The translations under genes and the position numbers were made by a program. The notes beneath the pieces were generated by a model, which did not search any database, was not told the DNA's origin, and saw only the letters and a program-made list of their open reading frames with translations. A stretch of DNA of 64,000 nucleotides from contig NC_042997.1 in assembly GCF_006345805.1 (NCBI RefSeq), forward strand, positions 56,978,001 through 57,042,000. Direction: 5' to 3'. Numbering within the stretch: position 1 is the first letter of the stretch; every line of letters starts with the position of its first letter. Below are positions 10,635 through 24,675 of the stretch, one piece after another. The stretch comes from Octopus sinensis. Lineage: Eukaryota.

Positions 10635-13600
10635 AAAATGAAAGCCTAAACAGACCTTATTAAAGCATCCCTCTCAAAAGCACATTTTTTTCTTATTGTG
10701 GCTGTCGAAGATGCTTGCAATTTATTTTTGTTTGTATTTTTATGCTGTTTTTTTTTTATGGTACATTTATCTGACTTGTATAATTGTTGAAAATTAATGA
10801 ATTTGTATATTGGCATGTAGTGAACTGTTTCTACTATTCCATTTTAAAGAGAAATTCAGTTTTTAGTGAGCTCCTTGTCACTTTGTTTTTCAAGCCAATA
10901 TTCTCTTCTGTTACTTTTTTCTAAGTCAAATTTTTGTTTTCATGTTCTGAGCTGAAAAGTTTTCTAAATTTAGATATTGAATTTAAGTTTCATTTCTTTT
11001 AGGTATATATCTTGACTATTTGCAGTTCTGTTGAATCCTAATGACTTGCTACTTTATAAGCAATTTTTATGAACTTTTTCATAATACCAAAACATATTGG
11101 TGAACTACTCTTTCAGTCAAGATTATATTGCTATATTTCTGTTAAAATATAAGAAAATAATTAATTTTGCTTCTATGCTTCAGGAGATTAAAAATTATAA
11201 ACTGGGTAAGTTATTCTGGTAATTTAATTTTTTTTATGGACAGTTGAACATGAAAATAAGACTTGATTATTGACTTTTTGCAGTTTTATGTGCATTTAAA
11301 TAACATTGGTTTATAATCATTTTGTAAATGTGGTACTTATCCAAACAATCATATCATTTATTAAGTGTAAAATGACCATATTTCATTAAAATGGAAGCCA
11401 TAGAGACTCTTAACTTTAACTTGAAGCTCCAGCTTGGATGGTTTCACAAAGAAATTATGCTGAGCTGTTTGATGAAATACAATGTATTTCCTGTAATTTT
11501 ATTAAAAGATTTTTGGTTTGACTTGCCAAGTTTGCTCCCTACCGTCACAAAAATAGTCTGGACTTTATTCATCAAGCTTTACTTCATACCTGTGGACCTT
11601 ATTGGCTTTAAGATGATGTATAAGTTTGTTATAAAGGAACATTTCTAATGCAATAGATGTTTGCTTCATTATTTTCAAATACAAAAATTCTTGATGTTAT
11701 GACATAAATTGTTAGCAAATTCATTTTACTTGATGTAATATTTTTCTTTGATTTTATTGCATTAAAGTAATAGTTACTATGTGAGAAAATCAGTTATGGT
11801 TGATCTTTAGGTATTTCAAATAACTGAAGCTACCATGATTTACTGTTTTGCCTGAATTATTGACTGTAATAAAATCATGTGTATACAATATTCCAATCTT
11901 AATCTTAGTTCTTTTCAAAACCAGAACTAACATAATATTCAGACTAACACTAAGACAGCGAGCTGGCAGAAATGTTAGCACACCAAGCGAAATGCATAGT
12001 GGTGTTTTGCTCATTGCTACGTTCTGAATTCAAATTCTGCCGAGGTTGACTTTGCCTTTCATCCTTTCGGGGTCAGTAAATTAAGCATCAGTTGCATACT
12101 GGGGTCAATCTAATTAACTGGCACCCTCCACCAAAATTTTGGATCCTGTGCCTAGAATAGAAAAGAATATTCAGACTAATACCAAATGGTATCATACTTG
12201 AATTCAGCTTTTCCATTCTGACTTTATCAAGTTTGACACATTAGGCTTTCTTGATTACAGTTTGTAGATACTATAAAGAAAGTGTTTACTATATGAAATT
12301 AATGTTTCATCTTACTGTTCCATCCTGCTACATATGGCCCAAGTGGTTTCTCTTTAGAATGAATTATTGAAAAGACAAAGCCTCCTTCATATAAAATGCT
12401 GTCAATTCTATGACATATAAGTTCTTAGCACACTGAGGGCTTCATCAGGGTTTTGATTTCTATTTGGTGTTACTTCACCTACATGAAATTATTTAATGAA
12501 AAATTTGAAGTCATGATTTATCACTTCCCTTCCTACATAAACCAGAATTTTCACATGCATAGAAAGTAGTCATTTCATGAACATATCAATGTATATTTTC
12601 TATTAATGTTATAATTATAAATATTGCCCTCATTTGTCTTCTTATTTTTAAAGAACTCTTGACAATTATTAGACTTCTTTGTGTTTGTGTGCATGTAACA
12701 TTCATTCTGCAGTGGGATACTTTCCTTAATGCTAAAGCAAGAAAAACAATATTACTTAATGAACTATATATAACTGACTTTCTTTAAGAAATGTAGTATC
12801 TTGTTGGACCCTTTTAATCTCTACTTTCTGAACTATGGTTATGGCATTTGTACTTGGATTTTTTGTGATTGTATCACTGGATTTTATTTAACCTCTGCAC
12901 CTTCAAATTTGGCTCAGTAATATTTGAGCTGAAAATTAATAGAAATTCTAGTCAAATTTTTTTCTCTAAAAACATTTATTTTTTACTTTGTATTTCTTGA
13001 GGTGGTGGACCACCACAACTACTTTCCATGCTAGCATGGGTTAGGTTTAATATTTTACTGATGTAGTGTTTCATAGTCAAATACCCTTCCTGTTGCTAAA
13101 CCATACCTGCTTTTCAATTGAGGGATATATAATTTCAAATGTCTTTGAATGGCAGTAACATCATTGCCTATATAACCAAGCAATTTTTGGAGAATGTAAA
13201 CACAAATATGTGTACAAACACACACTTATATTTTGTTTCTTCCTTGAATTACTCATAGCTGTAAGATTTTATTCCTAATCACATCAGCTCCTATAACCCT
13301 GGATCAACTGAAGCCTTTTCTGTAGATTTGGCAGATGAAAACTGAAAAAACTTATTGTGCATTTGTTTGTCCTTTCTGGGTGTCCTGTGATAGTTGCAAA
13401 TTAGTGCTATTGTCATACAAACTGTGTCATTTGTTTCCAGTCTTCTGTGCAATCTAAAGGTTGATGACAGGAAAGGCATTTGGCTATAGAAAGTCTACCT
13501 TTATGAATTCCACTTGACCTAATCAAGCATGGTAAAGTGGACATTAAAATGGTGGTAATATTTTCTTGAATTTTGTATCTTGAATCATAAATCATGGAAT

Positions 13601-14100
13601 TATTAACTGGGTAATCCCATTCTGTCAGATAAAGCGCATATTAGATTTGTAGGTTTCTAAACTTTTTGCTAAAGAAAGATCTTCTATAAAGTTGGAAGTA
13701 AGAACCATATTTAAAATTCACAACACATTCATGATACAACTAAGAATCATTTTGTGATATCAGTAATTTTGAAGCAACTGTGTTGTGATTAGGGGAGTGC
13801 AATAATGTAGTAAATTCCTGATATCACTAAACTTCAATTCCACATATATGTATTAGTTTTATTTTAATTTATATTTGATGAAAAAAATTATTACAGTACA
13901 GATAATGTTGGAGTATTTATTTTTAAAATTTCAAAAGAAAAATATAATTTTTACATATTTCCAGAGTCATTTGTATTTTTGAATCAAACTTTTAATTTAA
14001 TGCTTTCTATTGTGTTGTTTATTACTGTACTTAACTGTTGTGAAGTGAATTTTTCTAATTAAAAAATGATTTTCTATAAAAATTATTTTCTTGTTATTAT
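10635..14100 (+). other. Probable long AT-rich 3' UTR/downstream region of PLA2G15 (end not defined)
   Basis: T-rich, TE-poor stretch directly after the stop codon; polyA site not identified. Confidence 0.4.
11954..12166 (+). mobile_element. tRNA-derived SINE (second family) with target-site duplication
   Basis: Head gacagcgagctggcagaa, B-box-like gaattcaaattc. Flanked by atattcagactaacactaa (11935-11953) and atattcagactaataccaa (12167-12185). Confidence 0.85.
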
Positions 14101-14439
14101 AAGGAAGATGTACGAAATGATAGCGCAGCAGATTAACTTGATGTACATAGTTATGTCCCTTTATATTCAACGTTCGTGTTCTGCCAAGGTCAACTTCACT
14201 TTACATATTTCAGATTTGATAAGTACCAGCCAAGTACTGTGTTGATATTCATATACAATGCCTGGTTCTCTGCCTATGTTTGTAATTGTTGTAGGTGGAG
14301 TGGCAGATATTGCAGTGTAAGACAAATTGTATCCTGTTGAAATTAATATTTGTTTTTACCCTTTCCTCTTTTTGGAGGGAAATAAAATAAGTATAGAAGT
14401 ATTAGTGAAGCATTAGTTTCTTTAAAGGGTTCGACTTTA

Positions 14440-15960
14440 AAGAAACCCTAAACCAACCAACACCAACAGTAGAATTGAATTTAGAGGACCAACAAATAGA
14501 ACAGGTGGAAGTGGAAAGGGGACCGATAAGGGAAGATGAAGTGAGAGAAGCATTGAAGAAACTAAAAAATAAGAAAGTGTCAGGACTGGATACGTTTCAG
14601 CAGAATTATTGAAAGCAGGTGGCCAGATCATGATTGACACAGTTATGTAATGCATGCTGGGTGGAAAAAAGGGTACCTGAAGAGTGGACCAAGGGAGTCA
14701 TTAAACTACCAAAGAAAGGAGATTTGAGCAACTACCAAAACTGGAGAGGAATAACACTGTTGTCAACGCTAGGTGAAGTACTGTACTCAGTTTTGCTGTT
14801 CTGGTTGAAGTTTGCACTAGATGTAAAACTGAGAGAACAACAAGCCAGATTTCAACCCAGCAGATCGTGCTGCAAGCAAATATTCACACTGCGTAACAAT
14901 GTCTTGAACATCAAAGACCACTAATAATAAACATTATTGACTTCAAAAAAGTGTTTGACAGTGTGTATAGAGAAACTTCCAGGAAGATTGTGAAAGTGTA
15001 TGAAATACCAGACCAATTACATCAGTCTGCTTAGCAGTTTCTACAACTCAAGTTGCTGCATTAGAAAAGAGTATGGATACACTGGTTTTCTTCAGATCAT
15101 CACTGGGGAAAGACCAGTCTGTCACCAATATTGTTTCTGATAGTCATCGATTTTATGTGAATATCAATGGTGGGACCAGCTATAGGCATACCATGGATGG
15201 TGAAGGACCAGCTAACAGACTGGTGGCTGAGAATTGCCTAACATTACAAGAAATGACAACAAAAATGGAAAGGGAAGCAGCAAAGAATAAGTTGAGAATC
15301 AGCAGTCAAAAATCAAAGGTAATGTAAGTTGGAAAACAAGTAGAAAGTGTATCAGTGAAAGTTAGACAAAAACCACGTATCTGGGAAATATAGTGACAAG
15401 CAATGGCAATGCAGAGACAAATGTAAGTTGAAGAATTGGCAAGTCAGCAGCAGTATTTAGAAGACTGACAACACTTTGGTGTAGCAATAATATAAATGTA
15501 AAGCTGAAGATTCATCTGTACAAAGTAGCAATACGGCCAATAGCAATCTATGCAACTAAGACCTGGAAGATGACAGCAAAAATCGCCTACCAACTCAATG
15601 TATTTCATCAGCAGTATCTCAAAAAGATTGTAAAGATCTCTTATCAAGACAGTGACAAATGAAGCCATTATCCAAGCAGCTAGAGTAAGGCCACTGCATG
15701 CAATTGTAACCAAATACAAATGAAACTGGCTGGACACATACTAAGACTGCCAGACAGAGGCTTTCCAAAACAGCCATAGGCTGGAAGGTAAGAGAAAAAG
15801 AGGTCAGCCAAGGAAGACGTGTCATAATACCTTCAAAGAAGACCTACACAGACTGAACATCTGGGCAGAAGCATACCAGTTGACCAAAGACAGAAATGAT
15901 TGGTGATCACTGACTGCCCAATGTACTGCTCAAATGTACCAATGGCCCTAGAGAAGAAGA
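14440..15960 (+). mobile_element. Old degraded RTE-clade LINE (RT to 3' end)
   Basis: SAELLKAGG, VPEEWTKGVIKLPKKGDLSNYQNWRGITLLS, a C-terminal RGQPRKT-like motif and a gaagaaga tail. Confidence 0.85.
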
Positions 15961-16603
15961 CAAGCATTAGTAATAATTCAGTAAATTATACTGCTTCCCT
16001 TAAAAATCCAGAGCCTTGTTCTAAAGTTTAGAAGTCATTATTTAGGATTGTGAGCAGATGCAAAAAAAAGTAATGATAATTTCTTGGTGTGTCAATTTAG
16101 ATAGTTTTGATTGCTGTCTGAAATACTTCACTTCTTTATGTTGTTCATAACCTTGAGGGTGAAGTAAGTGAAAGAATGTGTCAAAACTACCCATTTTTCC
16201 TGTTTAGATGCTTTTGGAATTCTCAGTGGTCCCTTAACCTACCACAAATCTTGAAAAAGTACACATTGGACAATGTAGTTTTAGATACAGTATGTCTAAA
16301 TAAAAGACTGGATGGTTATGACTGAAATGCTTTTCCCTATATGTCTCTTCAACTAGGAGCTGATCCAAGACCAATCAACCAAAATTTTAGGTTTGTTGCT
16401 CCTTCAAATATATTTGACAAAGATATATATATATATATATATATATCCTCAGACATGATTGCAAAAGTTTGCTTTCCAACCACAATGATTTTGGGTAGTC
16501 CCACTGTATGGTACCTTGGGCAAGTGTCTTCTATTATAACCCTGAGCTTTGTGACTGGATTTGATAGGTAGAAACTAAAAGAAGCCTGTTATATGTATAT
16601 ATG

Positions 16604-16649
<46 letters not shown>

Positions 16650-16651
<2 letters not shown>

Positions 16652-17490
16652 ATTGAAGTGAGAGTATCTGCTCCGAACCGTTGCCCCTGAGAGTTCAACT
16701 TCAGCCGAGAGTTCTTCACAGCAAAGCCAACACCATACTCTCTGACTTCATCTATGCCTTTCACTTGCCAGAAAAAGGTAGACTTTCTCTCATGAAGAGT
16801 CCCTGAATTTGGGGGCCTCATTTCCTGGAGTGCTACAATGTCCACTCAGAGTCATAACAGTTCATTGTTGATCACTGCTGTCTTGCATGTGTCACTGATC
16901 TTTTGAAGGTCCTCTAACAGACCAGTTGTCATGGTTCTTATGTTCCAACATCTGAGTCTGAATGCTGGTGTTTTGTGTTGTTTGTGTTGCTCATTCGTTT
17001 TTCTTGGTGCAGTGTTCACAGCCCATGATTCAGGATATTAGTTATTGCTTCACTTGGTTGTGATGAGACAGCACCTAATTGGCTGGGGCTGCCCAGCTTG
17101 AGGCGAGTGGTAGCTGTCCAGTGAGGCATAATGGCCTCTCTCCCCGTCGAAAGCAGCCCCTGGTGCCTTGCTCTTACACCATTTATGTGCAGGCTTAAAA
17201 CCAGTAGACTGCTGCTTTTCATGTTTTACTTCTGCAGTTAGATGGTACTGGAGTGTCCTCTCCAGGGTGCAGACTGGGCAGTTTTTTTCATGGGAGATCA
17301 GCAGTTGCCACCAGTGTTATCCAAAGGAAGAGCGGCAGTCAGTACAACTTGGCACCAGTGGGGCCGCAAGAGTTGCCGGAATGAGGTCTACAGCATTGAA
17401 CTACCTTAGGAACTCTGACTTCTGATTTATCCTTAGGGTTTACTCCTGAAGCCTTAAGTGGGTATTGCCACAAGGCAGTGGAGTTGTTAT
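16650..17490 (-). mobile_element. RTE LINE 5' region with AP-endonuclease N-terminus
   Basis: DIVALQEMR...EYGVGFAVKN in ORF 16534-16845. Confidence 0.8.
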
Positions 17491-17971
17491 TATCGCTGTT
17501 GCCTTAATAAGCAGTACAGCTAATAACAAGAGTTGCTTATTTGGATGGTTGTTGACTCTTCAGAATTCATTTGCCTTTGACAGGTCTTGTATTTAAACCT
17601 TCGGGGTGACTAAATAGCAAGAAAAGCACCCTCCTCACAAAGCAAGTTCTGTGGAGTTGCTGGTTTAGATGCTGACAGCCCAACACCTGGCACCTATGAT
17701 TCAGTGATTGGCAACAAGAGAGAGAGAGAGAGAGAAAAGGTGGGAAGGGGCATGAGACAGGTACAAAGAGGGAACACAAAAGACTTTAACAGTAGTTTTA
17801 GTCGTAGAAGCAGAGAGGCTTAAATACACCGAAGGGCAATGTGGGAGTTGATGCCGCTTATTACTAGGGTTATAATTTTATTTTTATTTTGGCCTGTTGC
17901 CCAAGGAGAAATCCTTGTGGTAAACAAGCTGTTTGGTCGATCAGGTGGTTGTTAGGGGTCGAGTGGAAAGG

Positions 17972-19720
17972 TGTTATGAGGATAACAATGGAACACCCCT
18001 CTCACATGACAAGTAGTATGACTAGACGTTACAAATACTGTGACATAGGAAGTTGAGAAGTTGGTGAAGTCGGTTATAAATAGTTGTGTCTTTACTTGTC
18101 TAACTATACTGCTATATGAAAGTGGACGTTATAACAGTCCAACGTTTGATTACAACAGTGGCGTTGAGGAATTAACAAATTCACATGGAATTAACATACT
18201 CACTAGGAGTTACAAAACTCACAAAAGATTTTTGTGCGAATTTTATGGTATACAAAATCGTAAAATTATGGAAGAATTGTTGGCCAGTTTGCTTGAGTTG
18301 GAAAAATAGCAACAACAACTGCACGAAGAACAACAATTACTATTACAGCAACAAATGCTGCAATTAATGAATAGTAAGTCATCCAAAAATGCTGAAAAGA
18401 TGTTCCCGCCAGATTATGTTGCAAACTCAATAATGGAATTTAGGTATGAATCAGACAAAGGAGTTACCTTCGAGGAATACTATAGAAAATAGAACAGATC
18501 TTCAATAAAGAGTGCAAAGATTGGGATGGCAATATGAAAATGTTTCTAATCCTAAGAAAACTGGCAGCCGGAGAACATGAGCATTACACCAATTACGTAC
18601 TTCCGAAAAAAATTTTGACATAAACTTTAGAAATACAATAGATATATTGTGTAAAATTTTCAGCGAGAAAAGCTCATTGTTCAATACACGGTGGAAATGT
18701 TTGAACCTAGCAAAAAACCAGGAGGACTATATAATCTATGATGGTAGAGTTAAAAGAGAATGTAAAAAGTTCAAACTGGATGAGTTAATGCCAGAAATGT
18801 TCAAGTACCTGATATTTACTCAGTGACTAACTGTAGAAAAAGATGCCAAAGTAAGAACAAGAATTCTCGCTAAGCTGGAATAAAACCAAGCTGTAACTTC
18901 ACAAGTGTCAAAAGAGTGTGAAAGAATTGGAAATCTAAGACATGGCACAGAGAAAATTGAACATAAAGATTGCTCCCAAGTGAAACAAGGAGAATAGAAA
19001 TCAAGTGTGTACTAAAATACAGTACAAACAGGACAAAAGTCAGGAAACAAACTTGTGTTTTACATGTGGAGGTGGAGGTCTACACCTGAGAAAAAAAACT
19101 GCTCCTTTATGAAAGTGGAATGTTTCATGGAAAGATTGGACATGTAAAAGCGCATTGTAAAACCAAGATGATAAGACATTGGAACAAAGAAAATAGAGTA
19201 AACAAGATGTTGTTGAAAGAAAATGGTAATGTAACAAAGAGGAAATCTGTAAATGTGAAAATTGAAAATATAAGAGTAAAAATGCAGTTAAACATTGGAA
19301 ATGATATTACCATTGTGAATGAAGAAACTTGGAAGTATATCAGAAAGCCAAAATTAAGTCAGTCTACAAAAGTAGTACACAGTGTTACGGGTAAAAGATT
19401 GTATTTTGTAGGTGAATTTGTGTGTAATGTGATATTTCATGACCAAATGAAAACAGCAAAAGTATGTGTTAAAAAATTCAGTAAATTTGTTCAGCCCAGA
19501 GTGGGTGGAACTGTTGAGTAACTGCAATAAAAAATATACTCACACCAAATAATGTGACTATGCTACCAGCGTTTTGGGGATTAGTAAATTATTACCAAAC
19601 TTATATTCTCAATATACACAATGTAAGGGTCCCGCTAAATGATTTGTTAAAGTAAAATGGTAAAATGGTGCTGGATTGATAAGTGCCAGAAGGCATTTGA
19701 CGGATTCCAACAAAAGGGCT
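17972..19720 (+). mobile_element. Degenerate Ty3/Gypsy LTR retrotransposon (LTR-gag-protease-pol remnant)
   Basis: Putative LTR TG...CA at 17972-18157, PBS-like tggcgttgagg at 18159, gag ATG at 18268. CCHC knuckle remnant (CFHGKIGHVKAHC) and protease-like VKMQLNIGNDITIVNEETW. Confidence 0.8.
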
Positions 19721-20129
19721 ACAGGGAGAACGGAAGCAAGCTGGAAGATATCAGTATCTAGGCAGTGAATTAAACAAAATAAGAAAACAGCATGTTTTCT
19801 TCAAAAGAAGATCATGCTGAGCCAGCAAAAACAAGCTTTAGACATATACGTATGTAATAAAACATTGCTATGTTAGAAACAGAATCATTCTAGTAGAGGA
19901 AACAAGAGCAAGTTTACTGTTGAAGAGTTTGAAAGTCCATCAGAGGCAATGAGAGAAAGAGGGAGAAGGAGAGGGATGGAGGGACATATAGTTATCTAGA
20001 TAGTGAATTAGGAAGCAGCTAGTGAGAAAAAATACATATATAGGCAGTGAATTAAAGAAAATAAAAAGAACAGCATGTTTTTGTCAGAAGAAGACCACAC
20101 TGAGCTAGCAAGAACCAACTTTAGAGATA

Positions 20130-20420
20130 TCTATATATATAAAACTGAGAATGTGTGTATGTGTGTGTGAATCACTAAAACTCAAGAATTACCCAATGGA
20201 TTTTATTCAAATTCTTCACATGCCTTACTTAGAGTCCATGCAGTGTCATGGGCCAAAAAATTTTCAACTTCTTGCCCAATGAGAGTTTGGAGCAATGTCT
20301 TATCTCTTACACTATTTCAGTATTTTGTGTCAAAAGTGAAACAATAACATTTCTATTGTAATGTGAGATAATACTTTCAGTTTTAATAGTGAAACTGTTA
20401 ATATTTTCACTATGTATATA
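20130..20420 (+). mobile_element. Possible non-autonomous Helitron 5' portion
   Basis: Starts a|tctatatatataaaactgagaatgtgtgt, a typical TC-start Helitron head; no 3' end seen. Confidence 0.4.
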
Positions 20421-20479
20421 TATATCAGTTTCATTTCTATTACTTTCACTATGATATATTTATGTATGTATATGTACGT

Positions 20480-20497
20480 ATACATATATATTACACA

Positions 20498-20556
<59 letters not shown>

Positions 20557-21365
20557 AGTATATATATAATATATAAGTATATAATATATATATATAAGTA
20601 ATATATATATATAATATAGTATATATATATATATATATAAGTATATATTATATATATATAAGTAATATATATATATATATATATAAGTATTATATATATA
20701 TATATAAGTATATATATATATAAGTATATATATATAAGTATATATATATATATATAAGTATATATATATATAAGTATATATATTATATAAGTATATATAT
20801 ATATATATATATATATATAAGTATATATATATATATAAGTATATATATAATAAGTATATATATAAGTATATATATAAGTATGTATAATATATATAAGTAT
20901 GTATATATATATATAAGTATGTATATATATATATATAAGTATGTATATATATATAATATAAGTATGTATATATATATATATAAGTATGTATATATATATA
21001 TTAAGTATATATATATATATATATATAGTATATATATATATATTATAAGTATGTATATATATAAGTATGTATATATATATATATATAAGTATGTTATATA
21101 TATATAAGTATGTATATATATATATATAATAAGTATGTATATATATATTATAAGTATGTATATATATATATATATAGTATGTATATATATATATATAAGT
21201 ATAACGATGATGATGATGATGATGATATATATATATAAGTATATATATATATATAAGTATGTATATATATATATTTATGTATGTATATTTATGTGTATAT
21301 ATATATATATGTGTGTGTGTGGATATATATATGTATATATATTTATCTTTATATATATGTATATA
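20480..21365. repeat. Long compound (TA)n microsatellite with periodic AG/GT interruptions
   Basis: Units such as tatatataag(tatg) repeated over about 0.9 kb. Confidence 0.95.
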
Positions 21366-21568
21366 TATCTGTTGCGTTGCATTCTTTCCTTCTGGGGCTG
21401 GCCGATTCAGAGCAGATCTCAGTATTAAACAGCCGAAATTTGCAATGATGAATCGGTTTCTGACTGAAGAATGAAGGCTTTGAATGACCCGTCTGTTTTT
21501 TATGTTCGTCCCTTCGTGTATTTCACGTTATTTATATTTATGTATATAAAGTTTTATTCTATATATAT

Positions 21569-21627
<59 letters not shown>

Positions 21628-23475
21628 AAGTATGTAAGGGAAATTTATTACCATGTGGCATTTTATCCCGAAGGAAAGTATCCTGACAAGGGGGGCATTA
21701 TGTTTCTGAATTTGGAATGCTTAAAACGCCATTTGTACATTCATTGCACCCTTGAAACGGCTGTAGATGATATCCTTTACTTGAATTCACCCGAATCTGT
21801 ATACTTATTCATATTTACTTTATCTACCTATTTACCCCTGAATTTTAAATTTTGAACTCACATCTGACATTTCATATAAACATCAAATTCTTAGTTGATT
21901 CAGGCAGTTCCTTTTGGAAGTCCTTACCTTGAATTTTTATCTCTTTATTTGTCACTCTTCCATTCGGTACCTGAACCCAATGTACATGGCACATAATTTT
22001 CACATATGACTTTTACATGTAATTTTGTTCACTCTTTTATAAATTTATATGTATATTTATTTCGTTATGTGTTTTAAATTATGCTTTGGAATTTGTATTG
22101 ATTGCCCAGATGTCTTCCTTCTATAATTTCCCTTATCCTTCAATTTAGCTTGCAATGACCACTTCTTAATACAGTCCATATTTTGTAAAGTATACTTAAA
22201 ACATACTTCATAAGAAAATTTAACTTTATATATATGTACGCATGTGTGTGTATGTGTATAAATATGTATATATATATATATACATACTTCAAAAAGGACA
22301 CGTGGCGTTCGACCATATAATAAAAGAAATAATATATAAATATATGCATATATACATACATATATGTACATACCTACATATATGTGTATATATACATGCA
22401 TATATGGGTACAGGACATAAAAAAAAAACGTTGAACACAATGAGAAACGAAAACATAGAAATGAACATTTTTTCGAACAACGAAAAAACAAACAGAGAAA
22501 CAAGGCATACAACATTAAAAAATATTCCCCTTCTTCAGTTGTTCCTGTTTCAACTACTCCATGTTTCGAAGGCAAGGACAAGACGCGACTCTGTTGAAAC
22601 AGTCCTTCTCGCAAAGCAAATTAAATAAAATTTGGGATTTTTTGCAGAGGGTGAAAGTGGTAACAAGAACAGGACAGTGAGAACAAAACAGTAAAAACAA
22701 ACGGTGAGGGCTGTTAAGCCAAGATGATAGAAAAATTATTATGAATGCTAGGAAGACGAGCTTATATGAGAAACGAAAATAACCTACAGGAGCTGGGGAT
22801 CATGTACATATTCATTATTAAATTGACTGAATTTGTACTTGTTAAGAAGATGTGATTGGCAAGAAGTTTCATAGGGATTAATCGTCAAAATTAATAGTTG
22901 GGAAGTAAATACTAACACTTAATGTGATGTTCAAGAAAACTTTAATTAAATCAAGCTTCTACATGCATTGAAGACAGATAAACATTGGTTCAATGCTGAA
23001 GTTTATTTGAGACAGGCAAGGGAGAAACTCCATTTACAAATCAAATAATTGACAACATCAAAGTCTCAGACATGCTGTGAGAAGTAAAAAGATCTGCAGA
23101 AACCTGAACTGATAGACTTACTGGACAGTAAAAGAAAGTGTGTACATATGAACTAGAATTTCATGAAGGAAAATTATATCCAAAAGTTAGAGACAATGAA
23201 AAGTAACAGGCAAAAAAGTGACAATAAGTAAAGTAGCATAATGAAAGCCTCCTACGAATCAAACTAGCAATAGTCCCTGCTATGGGGTGGGGATAAGAAA
23301 GGAAATGGAGGTGAGGGTAACTGTATGTCTATCAGGGAAAATAACTGAGATGGAGAAAGAATCTGACAAAGTAGACATTATGATAATTATTCAGTGATAC
23401 TATTGTTTAGCCAATCAAAAGGCATTTAGCCAATGATTTTGTTTATAGGTTTGGACCTGAAAACTGAATATTATT

Positions 23476-23955
23476 TTGGCTGTGTGGGTGAGAAGCATGT
23501 TTCCCAACCTCTTGCACTTGGGTTCAGTCACCTGGGATATATTGAAAATTGAAAATATAAGAGTAAAAATGCAGTTAAACATTGGAAATATTACCATTGT
23601 GAGTGAAGAAACTTGGAAGTATATCAGAAAGCCAAAATTAAGTCAGTCTACAAAAGTAGTACACGGTGTTACGGGTAAAAGATTGTATTTGTAGGTGAAT
23701 TTGTGTGTAATGTGACATTTCGTGACGAAATGAAAACAGCAAAAGTATGTGTTAAAAAATTCAGTAAATTTGTTCAGCCCAGAGTGGGTGGAACTGTTGA
23801 GCAACTGCAATAAAAAATATACTCACACCAAATAATGTGACTATGCTACCAGCGTTTTGGGGATTAGTAAATTATTGTCTTCTACTATAGCCCCAGACCA
23901 ACCAAAGCCTTGGTAGTTGATTTGATAGACTGAAACTGAAAGAAGCCTATCATAT
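23476..23955 (+). mobile_element. tRNA SINE interrupted by a 334-bp copy of a Gypsy protease region
   Basis: SINE head 23476-23536 and SINE body from 23877. Insert 23543-23876 matches 19256-19593. Confidence 0.85.
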
Positions 23956-23964
23956 ATATATATG

Positions 23965-24360
23965 TCATCATCATCATCATCATTTAACATCCGCTTTCCA
24001 TGCTAGCATGGGTTGGACGATTTGACTGAAGACTTGCGAACCAGATGGCTGCACCAGGCTCCAATCTGATCTGGCAGAGTTTCTACAGCTGGATGCCCTT
24101 CCTAATGCCAACCACTCCATGAGTGTAGTGGGTGCTTTTACGTGCCACCGGCACGAGGGCCAATCTGGCGGTGCTGGCAACAGCCATGCTCGAAATGGTG
24201 CTTTTTACATGCCACCTGCACAGGGGTTAGTCCAGCAGCACTGGCAATGACCTCGCTTGAATGTTTTGTTCATGTGCCACCGGCACAAGTGCCAGTAAGG
24301 CGACGCTAGTAACAATCACGCTCAAATTGTGCTTTTTACGTGCCACCGGAATGGAAGCCA
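23965..24360 (-). mobile_element. RTE LINE 3' UTR copy
   Basis: (CAT)n tail followed by the family sequence with four tandem modules. Confidence 0.85.
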
Positions 24361-24675
24361 GACTTGTTTATTTATATATATATATTTGTGTGTGTGTGTG
24401 TGTGAGTGTGAGTGTGTGCGTGTGTTTGTGTGTGTGTTATCCATGTATGTATGATGAAAGATATGAACAAGGGAATCTGGCAAAAGCCCAGATTCTCTAG
24501 CTTAGATCTTCCATCACCTTGTCCTGCAGTTGTTGGATGAACTGCTGCGTGTGGATGCAGTCAGAATGTCCATTTTGTCCCTTCCTGCTGGCTATTGCTT
24601 TGTTGTCTTTTTGCAGCTGTCCATGTCATGTCTTGCAGCCTTTACAGTGTTTACAAACCATTGAGCAGTAGTTAT

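Noticed and set aside
20880-22628. Y/I/M-rich ORFs
   Set aside because: Artefacts of (TA)n and (TG)n microsatellites.
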